Of a stretch of 33,107 nt of DNA, positions 23,310 through 33,107 are shown one piece after another. This DNA is from Nemertoderma westbladi (lineage: Eukaryota; Animalia; Xenacoelomorpha). The first letter of the stretch is position 1. The number at the start of each line of letters is the position of its first letter. The notes beneath the pieces were generated by a model that saw only the letters and a program-made list of their open reading frames with translations, did no database searches and was not told the origin of the DNA. The DNA lies in contig JAUCBJ010004114.1 in NCBI GenBank assembly GCA_032718475.1, positions 1 through 33,107 on the forward strand, given 5' to 3'. The translations under genes and the position numbers were made by a program.

Positions 23310-25862
23310 ATGGCAAGCAAACTTGTGCGAAAGAGAAATGAGGAGCTAGGAGGAAAGGAGATACTGGTGGATTTCACCAAGAGACATCCGGAAGAAAGGA
23401 CAAGGGGATACTACGACCGGTTAGAAAAGGGTCACGCAGCGCGAGCGCTACAGGACCACTTCAGGGAGGTGCACGAACAGCGGCTGGTCGGGACCTATGG
23501 GACGCCGTCGCTGGACAACGCGATCTTCGAGCATTTCCACTACGTGGTGAAAGGAGACGAGGCGAAGTTCGGGATTCCGAAGTACCCGAGGGAGTCGCCA
23601 AGGAAGGATTGGAAAAGGTTCAGAGAGTCCGTCAACAGGGGAGGATACATGATCCTAGACGACGAAGGGACCGTAGAAGACGAGGAGTGTTCAAGGAGAG
23701 GATCGGCGGGATCGGCCAGAACCATACTCCTACATTTGGCCGCGCCAAATGGGGATATTTTCCTATTTGACCTGGGAACGTATGGGAAGAAGGATGGGCC
23801 GAAGTTGGACCGGCTGCCGAGGGCGGTGCAACTCCTAGTAAGAGAGAATTCGACAACGAAAGTGGGATCGGAGATTCGCGACGACGCGGAGAGAATCATC
23901 GGTCCGGACACCCCCAACCTCCTGGATATGCAGACGGTCTTCATGGCTATGACAGCACCAGACGGGTTGGGACTAGTCGAGAACACAGGCCATAGCGGAA
24001 TGGTGGCGATGGGCCAGCTATTGGGGCTCGTATGTCACAAACCAATGGACTGGGGGAAGTTTAGGGAAGAGTACGGAGCAGAATTAGTGAACTCGCTGAA
24101 GTGGGGAGCGAGGCCGGGAAAACAAGAGGTGTATCAATTCCGAAGAGGAGCGATAAAGGCATATCAGAAGCGATATATCCTGCAGGAGGACTGGATAATT
24201 ATAGGTTTGCATAACCTATTCATGACCATGGTTATCGAGAGGGAACCAGCGGCATTCCTATTATCGGGATCACCCCTAAACTACAGAAGAGCCTTTAAGA
24301 CGGCTTTCGCGGGTCTGGTAGACCACCCGGGGCTGAGGGGCGAGTCGGTGTACTACAATAGCCGACATCTAGTAGATGGGAAGATAGATACGCCGTATCA
24401 AAGATGGGAGCAGCTAGAGACGGATAGACGAGAGGCGAAGCGACTGGAAGAAGTCGTTAGACGGGAGAGGATAGAAGCAGAGGAAAGGGAGGAGGAAGCC
24501 AGGGCACAGGGCTACGGCTTCGAGGAACAGGCGGGCTTAGATGAACTTCATTGGACTTCATCAGGGAGTTCGGCGGAGTCTCTAGGACGAGAACTGGGAT
24601 GGACGGTGGGATCACCGAAACAGTCGACGTCGGGATTGCAAGCGACGCCCATACCAGCGGGCGCCGAGGGCGACAAGCCACTAAGGAAGCTAGGGGAGCT
24701 AGAGGGCGAGAGCCAAGGCAGGAAGGAACATAGTGGATCCACCGGGATACCGGGGTTGGAGCCACTGCCAGAGGAGGATGAAGACGACGATGAGTTCGGA
24801 GAGATGCCGCCCATTGGGAGGATCGGCCACTCAGACACGGACTGGGTTGGCGGGAGGGTGGTGACGGCCAGTGGGGCGAGGGCCTTCTGGGATAGACCCG
24901 GCAAGCGGGCCTGGGTGCACGAGGAGCCGGCGATGGATTTCGCGGGGAGCACTATCAGGTTGGGTGAACAACCGGGGACGGCACCACGAGTAGTATTCGG
25001 GGAGACAATGCCCGAAAGGGGCACGGAGATCGACGTAGATCGGGACACTAACGTCCGGAAGTTCGCTTACCAGCGACTCCACAGACCGCGGAGATTGCTT
25101 GGGACGAAAGACGACGTGGGGCGGGAGACATTGGTACTCGGTTGCGACTACTGTGGGAGACAGACCCACCAGGAAAGGAGCTGTCTGTACCGGTTCCAGA
25201 AGGGAACTAGTTGTCTCTATTGCCGCGAGTCGAGCCACAGGATGGGGGCGTGTCCACGGTTGCATAACCGATGTTCGAAATGTAACTTCCGGGGACATTG
25301 CGGACGCCAGTACGACTGGATGGACGACAAAGAGAAGTTTAGGATCTTCGAGGAGTGGGCCGACATTGGGGCGATGACTCGGTAACGTATGAAGGCCCAG
25401 GAGTTCCGGTGGGGCTTCTTTAACATCAATCAGGAGGCTCACATGGAGATTATCAAACGGAGGCTTCCGTTTACCTACCAGGAAGTGGCGACGGCGGCAT
25501 CATATGCCGGAGTGATAAATACGCAGAGGTATTTGGATAGGTGGACGCCACAGAGCAGAGGAGAATTTAGGGATTTCTTGGCGGAGCATGTGCCGCGGGC
25601 AATGAAGATGATCTTATGGGACGCCACCAGGGGGAGACAACAGGGCCACTCGGAGGGGCCACCCGTCAAGCGATACCGGGAGCTAATAACACCGGCACCC
25701 AAGGAGTCAACGACCGGGATCAGTAAGGAGGTGGCGGTGAGAGTCCGAAGCCAGAAAGCAGACAAGACTAGAGGAGCGGCAGTGACCAGGAAACGACCCA
25801 GGGAGGAGGACAACAAAAGGAAAGACTTAAGGTGGTTCCCAAAGGCTGATGGAACAAACTAA
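23310..25862 (+). CDS. Accessory ORF copy 2: DEDDy 3'-5' exonuclease-like domain, coiled coil/acidic linker, CCHC zinc-knuckle cluster; one in-frame TAA at 25383
   Basis: ILDDEGT (ExoI), LLHLA...IFLFDL, LPRAVQLLV....TKVGSEIRDD (ExoII), LLDMQ, G..AM..LLG...HK, QKRYILQED (ExoIII-like) follow the WRN/EXD/Mut-7/RNase D motif order. CDYCGRQTHQERSC, CLYCRESSHRMGAC and CSKCNFRGH form the knuckle cluster. The first ATG (gagATGg) at 23310 is taken as the start. Confidence 0.75.
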
Positions 25863-26542
25863 GACTGCGGTGTAACATGCCTGGAAGGCACCACGCGAGA
25901 CGTGCGAACTCTTAAATACAAATTCAAATAATGTAAATAATCGAATAAGTGCAATTTGTATGTACGTACGTAGCAATCAGTAGTCTAGTAACGAAATATA
26001 TATATTCGAAATAAGTACTATAGTCATATAACCTTTCTCAATTAGCTACTGGGACTGGGGACCAATGGACTATAATACTACCAGGGACGAGACATTGGAC
26101 GACATCACGCTTCTTGAGTGCGACGGCACAAAAGGGAGGGGTGAAACTCGTCGGGAGTGAGTGGTCACGATAGGGGTTGAGTTGTAGTGCGGAGAGAGCG
26201 CGGAGTATAGAGAGAGTGCGAGCGCAATTCAAGTGTGGGGGGGGGGGAGAAGTAAGAGGCAGATTGAGGAACGACGAGGTCCGAGAGTGTGTAAGAGTTG
26301 GGGTGAGAGTAGAGTAGAGTTGGAGTGGTGAAAGTGTTGGGGAAACAAATGTCGTGTGGGAGGAGCGCACGATCGGCCCAACGCGGAACGCCAGACAAAC
26401 GGGGTAGCATTATCATACCCATAGGGAGCGGCCTGGAAAGCCGGCTCCGAGAAAAATAGTTCCACCCCACACCCGATACTAGATCGGGATCCAGAGGAAT
26501 TGTAGCGCACTAGAGGTGGATGCTATCTTCTCACCGGGAAGT

Positions 26543-27036
26543 CACGAGGTTGATTACCAATATCAACCTCGTGTCACCCCAATAAAGTGGGAAGGAGAAA
26601 CATATGCACAATAGGGGTCAGGGGTTACACCCCTGAAAGAGAGAGAATAGCAAGGGCGAAGGGAAGCACTTCAGGAGAGGTAAAAGGGCGACAACAGGGT
26701 TATTAGCCAATGGGGGGAAGGCACCGGCTGAGTAACGTAACTTGGCCAACCGTGCAATATATATTATCAGTACAGTAATCATTTCTTTCACTTGTAGTAA
26801 GTCAGCTTAGCTAGGGTAGGACCAGAACTTCAATTACCGTCTTCGTATACCATCCGTGTATCCAATATCATATCTTATATTTTGTGTTATCATACTTTGT
26901 GCCTTATATTATATCCTATACTATTATACCCGGAACTATATACAGTGATCAATAAACTCTCTTTACCTTTCACACACGGCGGGGACGCGTAGATTGAAAA
27001 CCGGATAAACCGGGATCCTCCATAGATCCCATCACA
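26543..27036 (+). repeat. 3' LTR of the outer element, missing its first 61 bp and the PPT
   Basis: Matches 7423-7916, ends ATCACA and is followed by the TSD CGAAC. Confidence 0.93.
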
Positions 27037-27814
27037 CGAACTGGCCAGTGGGTTTGATTACATAATAGCAGCATCTATTGAAAGTTCTTGGCGAACTGGC
27101 CAGTGGTTTTGTTTACATAATAGCAGCATCTGATGTAAGCTCTTCGCGAACTGGCCAGTGGGTTTGTTTACATAATAGCAGCATCTGTTATAAGTTCTTG
27201 GCGAACTGGCCAGTGGGTTTGATTACATAATTACTAGCAGCATCTGTTGTAACTTCTTCGCGAACTGGCCAGTGGGTTTGATTACATAATAGCAGCATCT
27301 GTTGTAAGTTCTTGGCGAACTGGCCAGTGGTTTTGTTTACATAATAGCAGCATCTGTTGTAAGTTGTTGGCGAACTGGCCAGTTGGTTTGTTTACATAAT
27401 AGCAGCATCTGTTGTAAGTTCTTGGCGAACTGGCCAGTGGCTTTGATTACATAATAGCAGCATCAGTTGTAAGTACTTGGCGAACTGGCCAGTGGGTTTG
27501 TTTACATAATAGCAGCATCTGTTGTAAGTTCTTGGCGAACTGGCCAGTGGGTTTGTTTACATAATAGCAGCATCTGTTGTAAGTTCTTGGCGAACTGGCC
27601 AGTGGACTTGTTTACATAATAGCAGCATCTGTTGTAAGTTTTTGGCGAACTGGCCAGTGGGCTTGTTTACACAATAGCAGCATCTGTTGTATGTTATTGG
27701 CATACTGGCCAGTGGGTTTGATTACATAATAGCAGCATATGTTGTAAGTTCTTGGCGAACTGGTCAGTGGGCTAGTTTACATAATAGCAGCATCTGTTGT
27801 AAGTTCTTCGCGAA
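27037..27814. repeat. 55-bp minisatellite, right part (~14 units)
   Basis: Same unit as 6887-7361, resuming in phase after the TSD. Confidence 0.95.
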
Positions 27815-28600
27815 TGTAAGCGGATTCAATTCCACCAGAAAATGGGATAGTGGCATTTTCAGCAATATGTTGGAGATATGAGATTAGCAATATTAATCTC
27901 GTATCACAACCAACATTTGGGAGGGGGGGGGGGGCACAAGCCCCGAAGCCACACACAAAGGAAGGTTAGAGGTCAAACCACCTCGGAGGGGACACAGCTA
28001 GTAGAGGCTAGCAGCAGAGGGGAAACACTCCCAGAGAGTGCAAGGGTGACAAGTAGGATATTAGCCAATAAGGGGGAGGAAAGCACGTGATAGGGCACAG
28101 AAGAGCATCCATTAGGTAACAGGCCAAAGTAGCGTAGGAGGTAAAGCAATATTGGTATATCAATCATATATTACCTCTCGTTACCGGTTTATGATTCAAT
28201 TAGCTAGTTACTTAGTTTTAGTGCAGACCGGTAACATTGTTTCACCGTCATCGTATATGGGCTGTTATCATACATTACCATTGCCGGGCCGGTTTGTGAT
28301 TCAACATATACAATCTTTATTGTGCTACTATTATTATACATATATTACAACGCAAGGAATAACATTAACAACGCTTTTCTCCAACGGCCTCGGCCAAGCA
28401 ATCAATACCATCTTAGAGCCTGCGGTGACGCGTATAGCAACCAACCCGGTCGGGATCTCTGATCCTGTCACAGTGAAACAATTGACCAACTGCCATCAAA
28501 CTGTGACTGCAAGAATAAGAGGAGAGGATGAGCGATAGAGAACCCCGATTATCAGAGGGAGAGAGAACGCCGCCGCGGACCCCGGACGATACCAACCAAA
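27815..28600 (+). mobile_element. 5' LTR (27815-28472) plus leader and gag start of a more distant relative; the rest is deleted
   Basis: TGTAAGCGGATTCAATTCC...GATCCTGTCACA. Shares ATTAGCCAAT.GGGGG and GACGCGTA with the other LTRs. Followed by MSDREPRLSEGERTPPRTPD. Confidence 0.85.
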
Positions 28601-29374
28601 CGAACTACTCAAAAAATTCAATGCATTCATTCTTCAGTCCTTGAGTCTCACTCATCGGTTAGTCCAGTTTGCCCATAGCGCTAACGCAGTAGCGATACCA
28701 AAAGTCGAGCTCGCCAACAACACTGCATCAGACAGAGGCGGTGGCCTTGATGGCGAGTTGTTTGAGTACCGGTACAATTACAAAACGTTGCTGGGTATTG
28801 CAGTATTGGGCAGTTCCAGTTGGGGTACCGATTGCAATAGCGGATACTGGAACATGGAATAAAGGTCAGCTGGTACAACCTGACAATATGTCAGTCTGTC
28901 TTAAGTCCGTATAATTTCAAAACTTCCATGGCTGCATGGTTGCCTTTGCCGAGCCTATTGGTGACCAAAAACCAACGACTTGAAGAAGGTACCGGTCATA
29001 GCGTACTCTATTAAAGGCCTTGCAAGCGTGCAGCCTTCAAAATTTATGGAGGCTGGATTATAAACGGTAGCGTACTGCTGTATTGTGTGTGTGCAGGCAT
29101 GGGGAGAGTTCTATAAATTTTCATTTGTTGCAATTTGGTTAATGGATGTAATTGAAGCCTCATCGATAAGCAAAATAAAAAATTTTATGGTAGCTAGTGT
29201 TTTAAGTAGCTTTAGCTAGTAATTTTAACACTGGTTCCGATATCCTACTTCCTTCTATAAATATTTTATAGTAGCTAGTTCTTATTTCTATTTATATAGA
29301 AAATGTTCCAAAACATGTTAGCTATTCATTTTTAAAAATATTCTAGAATATTCATTATTATTTATAATGTTTAA

Positions 29375-30506
29375 GGGGGGGGGGGGGGGGGGTAGCGCAT
29401 TTTCTGACCAAAAAGACGAATTTTTGAAACATATCCTATCTGATGCAGAATTTCATGCTGAATCCAAATATGGAAACCGTTTTCCGATATCTTGCTTAGT
29501 TTTCGAGATATCTGGGATAGAAGATACTGGCTCCGATATATCGCGATATCGGTAAAGGCGATGAAGTTTGGGGTTTGCATTCAATTTCTGCATATTTCTG
29601 TGCTCAGTGGTGCCAATTGGATGTCTCCATGAGAAAGAGCACAAAATTTTAATTGAGAAGGTATTTTTTTATGATTATTGGACCTACTGATCAGTTTATA
29701 AGACAACTTCAAGTCTCCGGAATGAAGCGAATAAGCGACTCTGCGGTCTTTGCGCGATTACACGGAATAGACTTATTGGTCATCGGAGATCTTCAAATTG
29801 TATAATCTCCAGTTCTAGTGGTCGTACGAAGTTCGTTTTAGGCTCATTCGAAAGCTCTTTTCTTAGAGAACAAAGTTACCATTTGATTTAAGACAAAATG
29901 GTTGTAAAGCAACATAACATGAATTTGGGTAAAATATGCCTTGCAAATTTTGTTCAAGTTATGATTGCTCAGGCAGCTTTCAAGAGTTTGCCAAACCAAA
30001 TGGTAACTTTGGTCTCTGAGAAAAGAGCCTTCGAATGAGCCCAAAACGAACTTCGTACGACCACTAGAACTGGAGATTATACATTTTGAAGATCTCCGAT
30101 GACCAATAAGTCTATTCCGTGTAATCCCACAAAGACTGCAGAGTCGCTTATTCGAGTCCCGTCTTCATTCCGGAGACTTGAAGTTGTCATATAAACTGAT
30201 CAGTAGGTCCAATAATCATAAAAAAATATCTTCTCAATTAAAATTTTGTGCTCTTTCTCGTGGAGACATCCAATTAGCACCACTGAGCACAGAAATATTC
30301 AGAAATTGATTGCAAACCCCAAACTTCATCTCCTTTACCGATATCGCGAACCATCGGAGCCAGTATCTTCTATCCCAGATATCTCGAAAACTAAGTAAGA
30401 TATGGGAAAACGGTTTCCATATTTGGATTCAGCATGAAATTCTCCATCAGATAGGATATGTTTCAAAAATTCGACTTTTTGGTCTGAAAATGCGCTACCC
30501 CCCCCC
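29375..30506. mobile_element. Foldback MITE with TTAA TSD (Kolobok-like)
   Basis: TTAA at 29371-29374 and 30507-30510; GG...CC termini; ~510-bp highly similar inverted arms around a ~110-bp spacer. Superfamily inferred from TTAA plus purine-purine start. Confidence 0.88.
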
Positions 30507-30640
30507 TTAATTAATAGGAAGAGGAACCAAAGTTAATATAAATTGAGTAAATCCAGTTTTACTACAAATAAACGAATACGAGTCAATGTTCTCTATAACG
30601 AATACAAGTAAATGTAAATTTTTTTTTTTAATTATGTTCT

Positions 30641-30900
30641 AGAACAAATATTTTTTGTTCTAGAACATTTTTTATAAAAAAATCTGGATTCTATTTAAAA
30701 CGCATGGAATCGTTCTAAAACGTGCTTAAATCAATAAAAAAAATTGAGAAAAAAAATATTATGAAAAAATTTAATTAAAAAAAAAATTTGAAAATTCGTT
30801 TTTTATTGATTTTAAACACGATTTAGGAGGATTCCATGCGTTTTAAATCGAATCCAGATTTTTTTCTAAAAAATGATATAGAACAAAAAATATTTGTTCT
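30641..30900. repeat. ~260-bp imperfect palindrome (small foldback/MITE core)
   Basis: AGAACAAATATTTTTTGTTCTA...TCTGGATT...AAAACGCATGGAATC is mirrored by GATTCCATGCGTTTT...AATCCAGA...TAGAACAAAAAATATTTGTTCT. Confidence 0.8.
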
Positions 30901-31129
30901 TTTTTTTTTTTTTTAATCATTACACCCCAGGCGGGGTAAGAGTCAGTTTAATTATTTCAATATATATAAGTTATAATTATTATAGCACAACATTCGAAAC
31001 CGTAAAATAGGTAGGTACAGTACTAATATTTGTTATTCCCCATTACAAACTGTTTAAAATAACAATACAATGGTGGGCTATGTAAAAAAATATCCGAATT
31101 TGCCCTAGGGAAAATAACCAGTTATTAAT

Positions 31130-32492
31130 TTCCATTTTACAAAATTTCCATTATACATTTCCAAATTTACTTTCCCACCATCACTCTCCCAATTGGAAGA
31201 AAGAAGTAAAAAGCAAAAAAGAAACATACCTTGCTTTAATTTCAGCAAGGCATCCCAGGACCAAACTCAAAAATATAAGGAGTACATTGCGTCTCACCTG
31301 GAAGCCCATCATTACATCTCCGATGCTAAACAAGACTCTGCTCAACACATTTCCGAAAGACTTGCACACCTAACCAAAACCATTATGGAAGCTTCAAAGA
31401 AATTTATTCCATATAGTTAGTTACCCACGACAAAAGAAAAATAGGACACTTGAGAAACAACACAGATCCAGACCACAACAAATTAATTATTCCCTTAATA
31501 AAGGCAAAACAAGAGTGGTTAAAAAGTGGAGGAGACTTGAACACTCAAGAATACCATAAATACCGCATCGCTAAGCTAGAATATGAAGACACCCTGAAGA
31601 GAAAAGCACAACAATCAGAAATATCCTACCAACTTCATGTTAAAGAAATAGCCAACTCAATAAAAGATCCAAAAAAATTCTGGTGAATAGTAAAACCACA
31701 TAAACAAAAACAACAGCTATCTGACACCAATGTGGACAAACTACATAAAGACTACATTACAAATTTCAAATTAGATGTACAAGATGAACATTGCAATGAT
31801 ACCGTCACTCTCCCTGCTGATACACCTTACCCAACAGTTGTTACAGAATCACATATCAATCACAATAATAACACTTCTAAATCGTGGTAAGGCAACTGAC
31901 ATACCCAACATGAAAGCAGAAAATCTTTACCATGGCTTATCTCACAATTTATGTACAATTATGTTTAACAATACAATATGTTTAACTCCATCAACAAATC
32001 AGCAAACTGTCCCTTGATTCTATCCCAAAGCCTCTTAATCGCTGTTCCTAAACCAATGAATGGTAACAACATTTTTGAAAACATGCGCTTTAGAGGCATC
32101 ACCACCATACTCAATGTCATTGCCAAATTATGGGAAACTACAATACTTAAGGAATTAGAATGCCTACAAACGAACGACCTACAACTTGGTTACAAAACTA
32201 AGGTAAACTCGGAGACAGCATACATAACAACAGCTAACCTTATTAAAATCTTTAATCAACAGCATTCCCAGGTGCACACAGTTTGTTTAGACCTCACTTC
32301 AGCCTTTGATAAAAGTATCATATAACCAGCTCTTTTCAAAGCTATATTCATCAGATGTAAACCCAAGAATTGTTTCTGCAATAAAATCATACTACCTGAA
32401 CTCTGTTGCATACATGCGTAATGGGACATATATATATCAGGAAGAAATATCAATAGAACAGGGCGTCCGCCAGGGAGGAGTGTTAAGTTCAC
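31130..32492 (+). pseudogene. Decayed non-LTR retrotransposon (LINE) ORF2 / reverse transcriptase fragment
   Basis: PKKFW*, GKA, AVPK, FRGIT..NVIAKLWE, QLGYK, CLDLTSAFDK and GVRQGGVLS across several frames; cut at 32492 by an LTR. Confidence 0.88.
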
Positions 32493-33053
32493 TGTGACGG
32501 GATCCGAGAGTCCCGGTTTATCCTGGGTGTCTTATTTACGCGTCCCCGCCATGTGTGTGTGAAAAGAGTTCTGAAGTTATTGATCGGTATATGAATATAG
32601 AATATAATAGTAAGTGAATGAAGTATAAGCACAGTTATTTGATATCAAAGGGTAATATACTGAATACTGCTGATTTGATGATGGCGGCAGTGGATGGTGT
32701 TAAGAGTCACCGTTCTGCCCTAACTGAACTGACTAACTAAAGTAAATGAATGAATGAGCACCAACCGGTAATATACTGCTCTGGTTTGGCCATATTACTC
32801 AGCGGATGCCTGCCCCCCCATTGGCTGATAACCTAATTCTCGCCCTCCCATCTCTCTGGGAGTGTTTTCCCCTTGCTGCTGTCATTCTCTCTCTCTCGGA
32901 GGTATGACCGCTGACCCCCATTGTGTGTTCCTCTGGGGTTTGTCGTCCCCGCTTATTGGGGTGATACGAGGTTGATTGGCAATCAACCTCGTGCTCCCAA
33001 TATTGCTTAAAGCTAACTTTGTGGGGTGGTTAGCGGAATTGAATTCGCTAACA
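32493..33053 (-). mobile_element. 3' LTR (561 bp) of another related BEL/Pao element inserted in the LINE RT; the element continues beyond the window
   Basis: Minus strand TGTTAGCG...GATCCCGTCACA, preceded by the PPT AAGGGGGGAG (33054-33063) and the same GCTATCTTCTCACCGGGAAGATAGC hairpin. Confidence 0.92.
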
Positions 33054-33107
33054 CTCCCCCCTTGCTATCTTCCCGGTGAGAAGATAGCATCCACCTTTAG
33101 TGCTATA

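Larger units (their letters stand above)
7362..27036 (+). mobile_element. BEL/Pao LTR retrotransposon, decayed, with nested insertions and duplicated accessory ORF
   Basis: TG...CA termini; near-identical LTRs at 7362-7916 and 26543-27036; 5-bp TSD CGAAC at 7357-7361 and 27037-27041; the same minisatellite resumes on both sides; BEL-type RT/RNaseH/integrase motifs inside. Confidence 0.93.

Noticed and set aside
23286-25862. Accessory ORF as an env gene
   Set aside because: No signal peptide, fusion-protein cysteine pattern or C-terminal TM anchor; motifs fit a nuclease plus zinc knuckles.
28620-29100. GC-balanced stretch that might be a host exon
   Set aside because: Only short ORFs with no recognisable motif; cannot be supported without homology or RNA data.
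29367-30510. Short mirrored ORFs (MQTPNFI...)
   Set aside because: Products of the two inverted arms of a non-coding foldback element.
32480-32492. Sequence after the minus-strand LTR begins GT and shares GTGTTAAG with the LTR primer site
   Set aside because: This is a 3' LTR (PPT upstream) and the flank is LINE coding sequence (GVLS); the match is in the non-pairing orientation, so it is likely coincidence.

Overview
AT-rich animal (probably invertebrate) genomic DNA made almost entirely of nested repeats, with no recognisable host gene. The main feature is a ~19.7-kb decayed BEL/Pao LTR retrotransposon (7362-27036, 5-bp TSD CGAAC) inserted into a 55-bp minisatellite that itself derives from Ty3/Gypsy pol sequence. 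Downstream of pol the element carries a tandemly duplicated accessory ORF encoding a DEDDy-type 3'-5' exonuclease-like domain plus a CCHC zinc-knuckle cluster. Three further LTRs of related subfamilies are present (16729-17296, 27815-28472, 32493-33053 minus). Neither 5' LTR is followed by a tRNA-type TGG primer-binding site. Instead, the 9-10 nt directly after each are perfectly complementary to a homologous site inside the same LTR. The two subfamilies differ in this sequence but keep the pairing, and an adjacent R-U5 stem also co-varies. This suggests a Tf1-like self-priming mechanism in a BEL/Pao lineage, possibly coupled to the captured exonuclease (inference). The window also holds a 5-kb compound (ACCG)n(ACTG)n microsatellite, several foldback/MITE DNA elements (CMC/EnSpm-like, Harbinger-like, TTAA/Kolobok-like), tandem arrays and a decayed LINE RT. 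All calls were made by eye from motifs; no database search was run.
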